Source: Planctomycetota bacterium (GTDB lineage: Bacteria > Planctomycetota > UBA1135 > UBA2386). From it: DNA of 64,000 bases. The DNA lies in assembly GCA_947501605.1 (NCBI GenBank), contig CANMWZ010000018.1, forward strand, positions 26,870 through 90,869, read 5' to 3'. The notes beneath the pieces were generated by a model. The model did not search any database. It saw only the letters and a list, made by a program, of their open reading frames with translations, and had not been told where the DNA came from. Position numbers and translations under genes: made by a program. Below, piece after piece: positions 28,387 through 38,352 of this stretch. Every line of letters begins with the position of its first letter. Within the stretch, counting starts at the first letter, position 1.

Positions 28387-30456
28387 GTGCGAATCCCCAC
28401 CCGCCATTTTCAGGCTGTGCTGCTGTCTACTCTTGCCGCCGCCACTGCGGCGCAGCAGCCGAACCCGCCGCGGCCGGCGTCCACCGCACCTGCAGCCAAG
28501 CAGCCATGCGAGTCAGACTCAGGGAAGGACCAGGAGGCGCTGCTCGAGTCTGCACTGCAGCGCTGGGCGGAAGCGTCGAAGAAGCAGGATGCAAAGCGCT
28601 TGGCGGCGCTGCGAACGCTGGCGGCGTTTGACGACCCGCGCGTGACCGAAGTTCTGCTCGACGCACTTCGACGGTCCGGCGGCGATTGGACGTCATCGCA
28701 GATCGCGGATGCAATCGGCCTGAAGCCGCGTGCCAACGTGCTCACGCCGCTACTCGATCTGCTCGCAGCAAAGGGCACGCAGCCAGGGTTGCGCACGGCG
28801 GCGTGCCGCGCCATCGCGCGCCAGGGCAGCCGCGGCATCGACGCGTTGATCGCGATCGCAGCTGATGACACCGGCACCCAGTCGCACGAACTGAAGGTGG
28901 CGGCGATGAATGGACTGAGCGCTTGTGGTGAGGAGCGTGCGTGGCGCGGCCTCGCGCCACTCGCACTGCGCGGCAACTCCACAGAGCAACTCGCCGTCTT
29001 GCGACTTCTGGCCGCGGCCAAGGATGTGAAGGCGGTGACGCAAGTGCGCCTTCGACTGCTCCAGGACAGCGATGACGTGCTCGCAGCCGCAGCGTGGCGG
29101 CAGCTCGCGGCGGAGGGTCATGCCAAATCACCGAGCGCGTTCGATGACCTGATCGGGCGGATGGGCGAGTCGCCCAGGCCAGCCGCGTGCGTCGAGTTGA
29201 TCCAAGGACTCACCTACGGCATGCGACCGTCGACGTTCGAGGACTTCCTTCGCCTCGCCAGCAACTCTTCGCCGATGGTCTATGCCGTGCTTTCGGCAAC
29301 GGCCGGCGACTTTGCCAAGGACGGCAAACTCGTGCATTGGCTGCTCGAGGATGCGATCGACGGTGCGAGCGAGCCGTCGCGGTTGGTGATTCTCGCGATC
29401 CTCAGCAAGGCGAGCGTCGAGGACCTGAAGCCGATGGTCGGCAAGATCCGCGCCGGATTGGCCAAGCCGACGCGAGAAGCAGTCGAACTCGCGATTGCGA
29501 CGTTGCCGGCACTGATCGCAGATCCCGCTTTCGAGCAGGACCTGCAGCGTATGGTCGACTCACAGGACCCACCGTTGCGCACGACGGGGCTCACGCTGAT
29601 GTTGAACCTCGGCATCGACAGTGCTGTTCCGATTGCGCAGAGGCAGCTCGCCGCCAAGGAATGGGAGCTGCGCTCGGTGTGCTACCGCTACCTGGGCAAG
29701 TTCCGCAGTCTCGGGTCCATTCCGCTGCTGATCGATCGATTTGGCAAGGAGGACGGCCGCTTGCTGGCCGAGTTGTCCGAGGCCTTGTTCGTTCATGCTG
29801 GCGTCCGTTGCTGGAGCCGCGACGAGTGGGACGACTGGTGGCAGAAGAGCAAAGCCGGTCACGCACTGCCAGCCTGGGAGAGCGTGCACACGGCCAAGAA
29901 GAGTGCGTCAGGCGGCGGCTCGACGGCGGCGTACTACGGCATCCCGATGGTCAGCCGACGCGCCGTGTTCTTGATCGATACCTCAGGGTCGATGAGCGCG
30001 CCGATCGGGACCGATCGCAAGAGGACGCGGCTCGACGAAGTGAAGAAGCAGTTGCGCGCGTCGGTCGAGAAGTTGCCCGATGACCAGCTGTTCAACATCT
30101 ACTTCTATGCCGGCGGCGTGAACCCGATGTGGCCGCAGCTGCAGAAGGCGGTCGGCGCCGATCGCAAGGCGGTGCTCGAGCGAGTCGAGAAGACCGCGAT
30201 CGGCGATGGCGGCACCAACATCTTCGATTCGATCGAGCGCGCGTTCGCCGATCTCGAGGTCGACACGATCTATCTGCTCAGCGATGGTGCGCCGACGGCG
30301 GGTCGCGTCATCGAGCCATCGCAGCTTGCCGATCAGGTGCGCCGCTGGAACTACGCGCGTCAGATCGTGATCCACTGTGTGGCCGTCGGCACCCGTTCGG
30401 AGTTGCTCGAGCGCCTCGCCAAGGAGTCTGGCGGCGAGTACGTGTTCGTGCAGTGA
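28387..30456 (+). CDS. HEAT-repeat plus C-terminal VWA domain protein
   Basis: Helical HEAT-like repeats; VFLIDTSGSM MIDAS motif, GGTN, YLLSDGAP; start (GTG 28387) uncertain. Confidence 0.85.
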   Translation: MRIPTRHFQAVLLSTLAAATAAQQPNPPRPASTAPAAKQPCESDSGKDQEALLESALQRWAEASKKQDAKRLAALRTLAAFDDPRVTEVLLDALRRSGGDWTSSQIADAIGLKPRANVLTPLLDLLAAKGTQPGLRTAACRAIARQGSRGIDALIAIAADDTGTQSHELKVAAMNGLSACGEERAWRGLAPLALRGNSTEQLAVLRLLAAAKDVKAVTQVRLRLLQDSDDVLAAAAWRQLAAEGHAKSPSAFDDLIGRMGESPRPAACVELIQGLTYGMRPSTFEDFLRLASNSSPMVYAVLSATAGDFAKDGKLVHWLLEDAIDGASEPSRLVILAILSKASVEDLKPMVGKIRAGLAKPTREAVELAIATLPALIADPAFEQDLQRMVDSQDPPLRTTGLTLMLNLGIDSAVPIAQRQLAAKEWELRSVCYRYLGKFRSLGSIPLLIDRFGKEDGRLLAELSEALFVHAGVRCWSRDEWDDWWQKSKAGHALPAWESVHTAKKSASGGGSTAAYYGIPMVSRRAVFLIDTSGSMSAPIGTDRKRTRLDEVKKQLRASVEKLPDDQLFNIYFYAGGVNPMWPQLQKAVGADRKAVLERVEKTAIGDGGTNIFDSIERAFADLEVDTIYLLSDGAPTAGRVIEPSQLADQVRRWNYARQIVIHCVAVGTRSELLERLAKESGGEYVFVQ

Positions 30457-30474
30457 CCAGCGGGTGGCGCGGGC

Positions 30475-31512
30475 TCAGGCCTGCGCGCGGTCTCGTATTG
30501 CTGTGACGATTCGCTGCAGCAACACCCAGCCGGCCTCGAGTTCTGCACCGGTGATGCGTTCTTCGTCGGTGTGTGCGAGCGTGATGCTGCCGGGGCCAGC
30601 GAGCACGATGGCGCGGTTGCGAGCAAACTGCCGGAGACGGGGCGCATCGCTGCCAAACGGCACCGGCTTGTGGGTGAAGCCCTGCAGCGGCGGATAGTGG
30701 TCGGCTTCGCAGGCGCCAAGCAGTTCGACCTCCGCATGCTCGGGCGCGAAAGCGCGGGCGGTCGACTCGAATTCGCAGCCGGGCAGGGTGCGGACGAACA
30801 CCTCCGCCGCCGCGAATGCAGCCACGACGTTGGGGGCGGCGCCGCCAGTGACGGTGCCAAGGTTCCAAGTCTCGGCGCCGAGTTCTGAGTCTTCACGCCC
30901 GGCGAAGGAGCGCAGTCGTTGCAGCCAGTCGATCAGCTCCCAAAGTGCGGAGCGGCCGAGTTCGGGTGTGCCCGAGTGTGCTGGCACGCCATTGGTCTTG
31001 AGTCGCAGGTGCAGTGTGCCGCGCTGTCCGGTCGCCAGCACGTTATCGGTCGGTTCGCCGTTGATGACACCAAGGACATCGCCGCAGCGCGCGCGCAAGT
31101 CGAGAGCCGCCTTCGCACCAATGCTGTCGGTCTCCTCGCCAACGACGCCGAGCCAAGCGACGTCGGTTTGTCCGGCAGCGAGCATCGAGCGGATCGCGGC
31201 GAGTTGCGTGACGATCTGCCCCTTGGCGTCGCAGGCGCCGCGGCCGTGCAGCAGGTCGCGCTGCAACCTTGGCTCGATGTAGGGCGGCACCGTGTCGAGG
31301 TGCGTGCTGAACAAGACCGATGGTTTGTTGCACCAACGCGCGAGCACGTTGCTGCGACCGGGCGCAACGCGCTGCAGTTCGACGTCAGCGCCGAGTTCGC
31401 GCAGTACAGCGTGCAGCGCGGCGAGTCCGCGGTCCTCGTGCCCCGTGGTGGTGTCGTCGGCACACAGCGCCTCGAGACGGTCGAGCATCCAGCCTCGCAG
31501 ACCGTCTGTCAT
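30475..31512 (-). CDS. M20 family metallo-hydrolase (ArgE/DapE-like)
   Basis: STHLDTVPP, GRGACDAKG, GEET, NGEPT, AHTDEE. Confidence 0.9.
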   Translation of the reverse strand: MTDGLRGWMLDRLEALCADDTTTGHEDRGLAALHAVLRELGADVELQRVAPGRSNVLARWCNKPSVLFSTHLDTVPPYIEPRLQRDLLHGRGACDAKGQIVTQLAAIRSMLAAGQTDVAWLGVVGEETDSIGAKAALDLRARCGDVLGVINGEPTDNVLATGQRGTLHLRLKTNGVPAHSGTPELGRSALWELIDWLQRLRSFAGREDSELGAETWNLGTVTGGAAPNVVAAFAAAEVFVRTLPGCEFESTARAFAPEHAEVELLGACEADHYPPLQGFTHKPVPFGSDAPRLRQFARNRAIVLAGPGSITLAHTDEERITGAELEAGWVLLQRIVTAIRDRAQA

Positions 31513-31522
31513 GGCAACTGGT

Positions 31523-31876
31523 TCAGGCGAGCTTGGTGATGCCGGCGTAGGCCGCGAAACCAGCGATCGCGAGCGCGACGATCCACCCCAGTGGGCGGGG
31601 GATGACTCCGCGACGGACCAGCACAGGCAGGACTGCGGCGAAGACCCAGGCGCCGATCTTGGCCCAGATCCAACTTTGCCAGTCATTGGGTGCGGAAAGT
31701 CCGAGCCGCGAGAGCATGCCAAAACCGGCGACCAGCAGCAGCAGCAGGCCGACGCCGTGGAAGATCATCGATGCCTTGTGCGGCGCGTCCTTCGGCGACG
31801 CCAGCGCCACGCCGGTCGAGATCATCAACAGGGCGAGGCCCAGGACGTGGAGGACCCTGTACAGTTCGAGCGTCAT
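31523..31876 (-). CDS. Small 4-TM membrane protein (SirB2-like)
   Basis: YRVLH, HGVGLLLLLVAGFG, WIWAKI. Confidence 0.7.
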   Translation of the reverse strand: MTLELYRVLHVLGLALLMISTGVALASPKDAPHKASMIFHGVGLLLLLVAGFGMLSRLGLSAPNDWQSWIWAKIGAWVFAAVLPVLVRRGVIPRPLGWIVALAIAGFAAYAGITKLA

Positions 31877-31939
31877 GCGCCGCAGGGTAGATGTGTCGCG
31901 TGGCGAAGTCGAGCCCGCAGCACGAGCTGCATGGCGGGT

Positions 31940-33058
31940 TCAGCGAGTGAACTTGGCGATCGCTCCGACTACGTCGATCTGCTCGGCCTCCGTCAGGCCC
32001 TGGAAGATCGGCAGGGCAAGGCTGGTAGCTGCGGCCTTCTCGGCGACCGGGAAGTCCCCGGGCTTGCCGTTCAGGTAGCGGAAGCACGGCTGCAGATGGA
32101 ACGGGATCGGATAGTAGACCGCACTGCCGATGCCCTGTTCGCGCAGGTGCTGCAACAGGTCGTCGCGATGCTCTTGCGGCACGCGCATGACGAACTGGTG
32201 GTAGGCGTGTCGATCGCCGACGTCGGTTGGCAGTTGCAGCCACTCGGTCACTGTCGTCTTGGCGAAGAGGGTCCGATAGCGCGCGGCGTTGTCGCGGCGC
32301 GTCGCCGTGATCTTCTCGATGTCGCGCAGCCGAACGCGCAGGGCCGCCGCCTGGATGGCGTCCATGCGGAAGTTGCCGCCGACGATGTTGTGCTTGTAGA
32401 GCTCGGCCTGGCCGTGGTTCCGCAGCATCTTGCAGCGGTCGTAGAAGTCCCTGTCGTTGGTTGTCAGGAAGCCGCCATCGCCGATGCCGCCGAGGTTCTT
32501 GGTCGGGAACGTCGACCAGCCCGAGCACAGGCCGTCGTTGCCGCACATGCGGCCCTTGTACTTGGTGCCGATCGCTTGCGCGGCGTCTTCGATCAGTGGC
32601 ACGCCTGCCTTGCGGCAGATCGCGCTGATCGAGTCCACGTCGAACGGAGCGCCGAACAGGTGCACGGCCATGACGGCCTTGACCTTCTTCGAGCGCTTCA
32701 GTGCCTCTTCGAGCCGTTGTGGGTCGATGCCCAAGAACGTGGGCTCGACATCGACGAACACTGGCGTCGCACCCGTTCGCGCGACGACGCCGGCCGTAGC
32801 GAAGAACGAATACGTCGGCAGCAGCACTTCGTCCCCTGGGCCGATGCCGAGTGCCATGAGCGGGCACAGCAACGCATCGGTGCCGGACGACATCGAAAGG
32901 GCATGGGCACACCCGAGGTAGGCGCAGAGCTCTTGCTCGAAGCGCTCGACCTCGGGTCCGAGGATGTACTGGCCGCTTCTGACGACGGCGCTGATGACGG
33001 CTTCGATCTGGGCGAGCTGTGCCTTGTCGCGGCACAGGTCGATCATTGGCACGGGCAT
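31940..33058 (-). CDS. DegT/DnrJ/EryC1/StrS PLP-dependent aminotransferase
   Basis: SSGTDAL, IEDAAQAIG, STFPTKNLGGIGDGG, LALPIF. Confidence 0.95.
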   Translation of the reverse strand: MPVPMIDLCRDKAQLAQIEAVISAVVRSGQYILGPEVERFEQELCAYLGCAHALSMSSGTDALLCPLMALGIGPGDEVLLPTYSFFATAGVVARTGATPVFVDVEPTFLGIDPQRLEEALKRSKKVKAVMAVHLFGAPFDVDSISAICRKAGVPLIEDAAQAIGTKYKGRMCGNDGLCSGWSTFPTKNLGGIGDGGFLTTNDRDFYDRCKMLRNHGQAELYKHNIVGGNFRMDAIQAAALRVRLRDIEKITATRRDNAARYRTLFAKTTVTEWLQLPTDVGDRHAYHQFVMRVPQEHRDDLLQHLREQGIGSAVYYPIPFHLQPCFRYLNGKPGDFPVAEKAAATSLALPIFQGLTEAEQIDVVGAIAKFTR

Positions 33059-33131
33059 GGGCGGGCAGGATAGGGGCCCGCCGCGCGCATGGAAGAGCGG
33101 GCAGCGGGTTGCGTCGGCAGCCCGCGGTGCG

Positions 33132-35939
33132 TCACTGCGCGCGCAAGTTCGTCTGCAGGCCGTCCGACGACGACAGGCCTTGCGGCTGGCAGGCGTCGAA
33201 CCACGCGAACTGCGTGTAGATCGGCAAGCCGTCGTAGAGCAGCAGGCTCGGCAGCGGCAGCAACCGTGCGGCCGTGCCCTGCGCGTCAGCCGCGAGGAAC
33301 TCAACCCACGCCGAGGGGTTGGCGAGATCGACCAGCACGGTGACTCCGGCGATCGGCACGTTTGCCGAGGCGAAGCCGAGTGCGAAGAAGCCGGCGCCGC
33401 TTGCGGGGGCGTTGTCGCCGACAAGGGCAAACGTCGCGCTGCCGAGGCGGGCTTCGCTGTTGGCGCGAATGCGCGGTGCACCTGGACAACCGTTGGTCGC
33501 GATGCCGTACTGGATCGACTGCTCGTCGCCATCCAGTGCGTTGTCGAGGTCGCGATCGCGCGCCATGCGCTGGCCCGCACCCGGCGGCACGCCGGTGAAG
33601 GTCAGCGCGGCATTGCCTGCCTGCGCCAGTGCGACGAGCTGCGTGCGCGTCTGCGCCACGAAGCCCGTGGCGTTGCCCTGGAAGGAGCCAAGTGAGGTCG
33701 AGTAGAGCAGGCCGCGGACGACGCTCGAAACCGTGCCTTGGGCGACGACGTCAAGGTCTCCGGCGATCGCGCGCGCGATCAGCAGATCCAGGTCGGCAAG
33801 GGCCGCCGCGTTGGTCGCGTTCGATTGGTCGATCGTGACCTGCAGGCCGACGGCCGGCGCCGTGCCGGTGTCCATGGCCATGACGAAGGGGACGATCTTC
33901 GACATCACGTTCGCGCCCAGCGCCGAGCGCCACGGGTTGAACACTGGCAGGGCGAGGAAGTCCGCGACGGTGCCCACCGAGCCATCGTGCGTGTAGCCAA
34001 AGCCGCTCTTCTGCGGACCCGCCGTCCGCGTCAAGCCGACCTTGCGGTACATGTTGCGCAACTGTGCGACCTTCATCTGCTGCGGCTCTTGCAGGATCGA
34101 GCCAGTGACAACCTGTCGGTTCGTGCCGGTGAGGTTGCCGACGTCGTGGGTGTGGCAGGTGTTGCAGCTGATCGTGACGAATCCGCCAAGGTTGCTGGCG
34201 GTCGCGTCAAACGCCACCTGGCCTTCGGACTCGCTGGCGCCAGCCGGCGTGGTGCGCAGCGTGCGCGTCTTCAGCTGGTTCGGGTTCGGCGGGAACGCGA
34301 TGCTGGTCGCGAACTGCGCGTAGAGGTTCATGTCTGCAGTCGACAGCAGCGAGCCGCCCATCAGCGAGTTGAAGGCGCCATTGAACGCCTGGAAGTTGAC
34401 GCGATCGCCGCGCCAGTGGAACGGCGCAGTTGCCGACAGACCCTTCAGAGTCTGCGTCGTCATCGCGCCCTTCATCGGGTGGAACGACGACAGCGGCAGA
34501 AGGTTGAACGGGCTGACGGTGTTCACCGGCGCCGAAGCCATGGTGCCGCTCGGATCGCCGAGGTCCCATGAGAGGCCGTCGAGGTCGCCATCGGTGTGGC
34601 ACGAAGCGCAGCTCATCGTGCCGTTACCGGCGAGCTTGGCGTCGTAGAGGAACTTGCGGCCGTCGCGGATATTGGTCGGCGTCGGGTCGTAGGAGCCGAG
34701 CGCCACTTCGCCTAGCAGTGCATTGCTGCTGGTGTCGATCACACTGATCGACGACGAGAGCTTGTTGTGCACGTAGAGGCGCTGGGTTGCTGTTGCCAGT
34801 GCGAGGCCACGCGGGCCGCGCTTGTTGATGGTGTTGATGAGCGCGCCCGGCGTGCCGCCCATTTCGATGCGCGCGAGCACATTGCCACTGCCGTCGAGCA
34901 CGCCGATGCGGTCGGTGCCCTGCGCGGCGACGTAGATGCGACCGACGGCGGCGTCGATGGCGACGCCGTAGGGTTCGGCAAGGGCCGTCGACAGCGCTGC
35001 GTTGTTCGGCAGCAATGCGTAGTTGATGCCCGGGTTGAGGTCGATCGGCGTGACCACCGGCGAGGCGCCCGTGGTGATGCGCGTGATCCGGCTGTCGATC
35101 GCGTGGCCCTTGAGCACCGGCTCGAACGCGACCAGGTTGCGCGCTTCGGTATTGGCAACCCAGAGATCGCCGGTCAGAGGGTTCACAGCGATGCCGGTGT
35201 TGGTGGTCCCGACGGCGCGGAAGTTGCGCGTGACAGTCAGCGACGCGACGTCGATTTCGGCGATGTCGTTGTCAGGCAACGTGAACGGGATCTGCGCGGC
35301 CCACGCTGGGTCGTCGGCGCGGACGATCTTGCTGGTCAGCGGCGCGGCCGGCAGCGACGTATTGGTGGGCGCCGGTTGTGACTGGTTTGGAACCGTGGTG
35401 GTGCCGTTACCCGAGCGCTGCACGACGGCGTAGACCTTGGTTCCGGCAGCGTTGACCGCGAGGTTGCGCGGGTCCTTGCCGAATACCGCGACAGAGCCCA
35501 GCGACGCGCGAGACGTCGCATCGAACACGGCGACGCGATCGCTGGCTGCCGCTGTCACGAAGGCTTTGCCGCCCGCGAACACGACGTCCGATGGCTCGTC
35601 GGCGACTTGCAGAGTGGCGACGACGCGACCCTGAGCCAGCGACACGATGCTGACCGAGTCAGAGAGGTGGTTGACAACCCAGACTTCGTCGCTGGTGCGC
35701 GGATTGACGGATACTGGCTCGAGGCCGACGGGGATCTCGTGCAGCAGCACCGGCGCGTTCGGGTTCTGCAGGCTGTAGACGCAGAGCCGTTGGTCGGCAG
35801 TGTGCGCTGCAAACAGCCGCGTGCCATCGGCGGAGAGGCGGATCGAGCTGACGATCGGACTCTCGTAGTTGACGAACGACTGCGCATTGGCCGCGACCGT
35901 CAGGAGCACTGCTGCCGCGAGGACATGGGATCGATGCAT
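33132..35939 (-). CDS. Secreted beta-propeller plus diheme cytochrome c protein with conserved C-terminal domain
   Basis: Signal peptide MHRSHVLAAAVLLTVAANAQ; YVTN-like repeats; CASCH and CNTCH; PFHWRGDR. Confidence 0.8.
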   Translation of the reverse strand: MHRSHVLAAAVLLTVAANAQSFVNYESPIVSSIRLSADGTRLFAAHTADQRLCVYSLQNPNAPVLLHEIPVGLEPVSVNPRTSDEVWVVNHLSDSVSIVSLAQGRVVATLQVADEPSDVVFAGGKAFVTAAASDRVAVFDATSRASLGSVAVFGKDPRNLAVNAAGTKVYAVVQRSGNGTTTVPNQSQPAPTNTSLPAAPLTSKIVRADDPAWAAQIPFTLPDNDIAEIDVASLTVTRNFRAVGTTNTGIAVNPLTGDLWVANTEARNLVAFEPVLKGHAIDSRITRITTGASPVVTPIDLNPGINYALLPNNAALSTALAEPYGVAIDAAVGRIYVAAQGTDRIGVLDGSGNVLARIEMGGTPGALINTINKRGPRGLALATATQRLYVHNKLSSSISVIDTSSNALLGEVALGSYDPTPTNIRDGRKFLYDAKLAGNGTMSCASCHTDGDLDGLSWDLGDPSGTMASAPVNTVSPFNLLPLSSFHPMKGAMTTQTLKGLSATAPFHWRGDRVNFQAFNGAFNSLMGGSLLSTADMNLYAQFATSIAFPPNPNQLKTRTLRTTPAGASESEGQVAFDATASNLGGFVTISCNTCHTHDVGNLTGTNRQVVTGSILQEPQQMKVAQLRNMYRKVGLTRTAGPQKSGFGYTHDGSVGTVADFLALPVFNPWRSALGANVMSKIVPFVMAMDTGTAPAVGLQVTIDQSNATNAAALADLDLLIARAIAGDLDVVAQGTVSSVVRGLLYSTSLGSFQGNATGFVAQTRTQLVALAQAGNAALTFTGVPPGAGQRMARDRDLDNALDGDEQSIQYGIATNGCPGAPRIRANSEARLGSATFALVGDNAPASGAGFFALGFASANVPIAGVTVLVDLANPSAWVEFLAADAQGTAARLLPLPSLLLYDGLPIYTQFAWFDACQPQGLSSSDGLQTNLRAQ

Positions 35940-36276
35940 GGGAGAGGCCTGGGGGGAGAAGAGAATCGTAGACTCGTGGGCGTGGACGGTTTCGCGGCCG
36001 TCCGCGGTCCCGCGAGCAGGCTGGGCGGAGGCACAGGAGCATAACTCCTGACCAGCGATTTGGGGCCCGTGCGAGTGGCGCTTCGTTGCCGTCCGTTCGG
36101 TCGACCGCCTTGCCGGCCGGGCGAGGCCTCTCGCGCCGAGTGAATGACCGGTGGCGCCGCAGTCGTGGGGCGAGACGACCGTGCTGGTGGCATGTGCCAG
36201 TGCGCCGATCCTAGAACGGGACTCTGCGACCCGGCAGCGAAGCCGCCTGCTTCCGCTGGTCCGATAGGTCGTGACG

Positions 36277-37023
36277 ATGCCCGACCCTCGGCCAGTCCGT
36301 CGCCTTGCCCTCGCCGCGATGGCGACCGCTCTTGCGTTCGTTGCCGTGCACTGCCTGTTCTTCCTGACGTGGACCATTCAGCGGCGAACGCCGATGGCAG
36401 TGAAGAACTGGTTTGACCTGCGCAATGACTACAGCCTGCCGTCGTGGTTTGGCTTCCTGTGCCTGTCTGCCGCTGGCATTGCCTGCCTGCGTTGGGGGCA
36501 GCGCTCGGGCCGGCGAGGCATCCTCACGACAGGCGTGTTGTTCCTATTCCTCACCGTCGACGACCTGTTGATGCTGCACGAGCGCATCGGTGGGCTGTTT
36601 GCCGAGAGCCTGAGTCGGACGGGCACCTACGCCTGGGTTCTGGTGCTCGTCATTCCGCTCTGCCTCTCCGGGCTGGTCGCTGCATGGTCCTGCTGGTCGG
36701 CGCTCGCTGGCGACCGTCCAGCGCGAAGGATGCTGTTTGGGGGCTTTGCCTGCCTCGGCACTTCGATGGTGATCGAGGCCTTCGAGCAGAAAGTGACGCA
36801 CTCAGGGCTCCGTTGGCGCGAGCTCGATCTGGTGCTCTACACCCAGGTCGTCGAAGAGACCTTGGAGATGGTCGGCCCACTGTTGGTTGCATGGGCTGCC
36901 GCCGAAGCGTGGCGGAGAACTCCGCAGCGGCCGCGGCGTGCACCGCGGACGATGGCCGCGGCCGCGGCCGTGCTGGTGGCAGCGCCGCAGGAGCAAGAAC
37001 AAGAGGTTGGTTGCGGCGTGTGA
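36277..37023 (+). CDS. Membrane protein
   Basis: 6-7 TM helices; DDLLMLHERIG and EETLEM motifs. Confidence 0.7.
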   Translation: MPDPRPVRRLALAAMATALAFVAVHCLFFLTWTIQRRTPMAVKNWFDLRNDYSLPSWFGFLCLSAAGIACLRWGQRSGRRGILTTGVLFLFLTVDDLLMLHERIGGLFAESLSRTGTYAWVLVLVIPLCLSGLVAAWSCWSALAGDRPARRMLFGGFACLGTSMVIEAFEQKVTHSGLRWRELDLVLYTQVVEETLEMVGPLLVAWAAAEAWRRTPQRPRRAPRTMAAAAAVLVAAPQEQEQEVGCGV

Positions 37024-37026
37024 GCC

Positions 37027-37932
37027 TCAGGATGGCCCAGACGAGTTGGCGCGCGCTTGCCGGTCGAGGTCCCTCTTGAACTCGGCAATGCGCATGCGCC
37101 GCATGCCCATGACGACGCCGAAGCCAGCGCCCGCGATGCCGATGCAGCTGCCACCAATCGCACCGATCCATGCGGCGTACTCACCGATGCCGGTCCAGCA
37201 CATGACCGAGAAGGCCGTGGCGAACACCAATGGCATGGCGATCCCGAGCATCCAGAACAAGCCGAGGATCTTCGCGTCGCGCAGCGAATCGTACATCTGC
37301 GCCAGATCTGGGTTGCCGGCAGCATCGAGCGGCTCCGGTTCGAGCAGCATGCGCCGCAACACCCACGGCAGGATCGCGGCGATGAGCAGGACTTGCGACG
37401 CATAGCCCGCTAGCTGCATGAGCCATGCGCGCTGCAGGCCGTCATTCTCGAACGGTGCCCCAAGTGCGCGCGCACTGATGGCGGCCAGACCTGCGATCGC
37501 AGCGAGTGCGAACATCCACCAGTGGCTCCGGCGAAGCGGGCTCTTCCGGGCGCGGTTCACGAGACCCGCGATGCGAACGCTGTCAGAGGGTCGAAAGCCA
37601 GACTCGTCCGCCATGCCAGTCTTGGCCCGCAGAATGGGCGTGGCGAGCACGAACCACAGCGGGAAGAACATCATCCAGCCCATACGGGCGACCCACGGCA
37701 GGACGCCGCCGAGGGGATACTGTCGACTCAGCAGGAACGAGCCGAACCAGAGTGTCACCGCCGTCAGCGTTGCCAAGAGGAGCACGATGGTGCGAGCCCG
37801 AATCAAGGCGTGGGCTGCCGGTGTCGCGTCGCGCGTGCGGACAAACAACACGACAAGCAGAGGCATCAACAACATCAACGGCACGAAGATCAGCGTGAAC
37901 AGGTTGCCGAGTACGGACGCGGGGTCGTTCAT
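37027..37932 (-). CDS. Membrane protein, co-transcribed with the GntR regulator
   Basis: About 7 TM helices; starts 12 nt after the GntR stop. Confidence 0.7.
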   Translation of the reverse strand: MNDPASVLGNLFTLIFVPLMLLMPLLVVLFVRTRDATPAAHALIRARTIVLLLATLTAVTLWFGSFLLSRQYPLGGVLPWVARMGWMMFFPLWFVLATPILRAKTGMADESGFRPSDSVRIAGLVNRARKSPLRRSHWWMFALAAIAGLAAISARALGAPFENDGLQRAWLMQLAGYASQVLLIAAILPWVLRRMLLEPEPLDAAGNPDLAQMYDSLRDAKILGLFWMLGIAMPLVFATAFSVMCWTGIGEYAAWIGAIGGSCIGIAGAGFGVVMGMRRMRIAEFKRDLDRQARANSSGPS

Positions 37933-37944
37933 GGTCGTTCTCGA

Positions 37945-38346
37945 TCAGGCGTTGATGTAGGTCTGGTTCCAGAGCTTCGCGAGTTGGCGTTCGATCAGCG
38001 TGCGCGTGTCGGCAAGCGACATCCCGGCGATCTTGGCGTCGGCGAGTGCTGCCGCGACCGAGACTTCGATGCGCTTGCGCTCGACTGCCGGGCGCCCGGA
38101 TGGGCGTTCGGTCGTCGACAGCACGACCGTGCCGCGCCCGCGCGCGGACGCCAACAGGCCAGCGTCGGTCAGTTCGCGATAGGCGCGGGCAACGGTGTTC
38201 AGGTTGATGCCCAAGTCATTGGCGAGCTGGCGAACAGGCGGCAGTTCGTCGCCGGCGACCAGCTTGCCACTGGCGAGCAGTCGGCGCAGTTCGGCGACGA
38301 TCTGGTCGTGCAGTGGTACCTGGCTGCTCAGCGAGACGACGATCAC
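37945..38346 (-). CDS. GntR family regulator (YtrA subfamily)
   Basis: PLHDQI...GDELPPVRQLANDLGINLNTVARAYREL...RGRGT; short C-terminus. Confidence 0.93.
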   Translation of the reverse strand: MIVVSLSSQVPLHDQIVAELRRLLASGKLVAGDELPPVRQLANDLGINLNTVARAYRELTDAGLLASARGRGTVVLSTTERPSGRPAVERKRIEVSVAAALADAKIAGMSLADTRTLIERQLAKLWNQTYINA

Positions 38347-38352
38347 GAGCGC

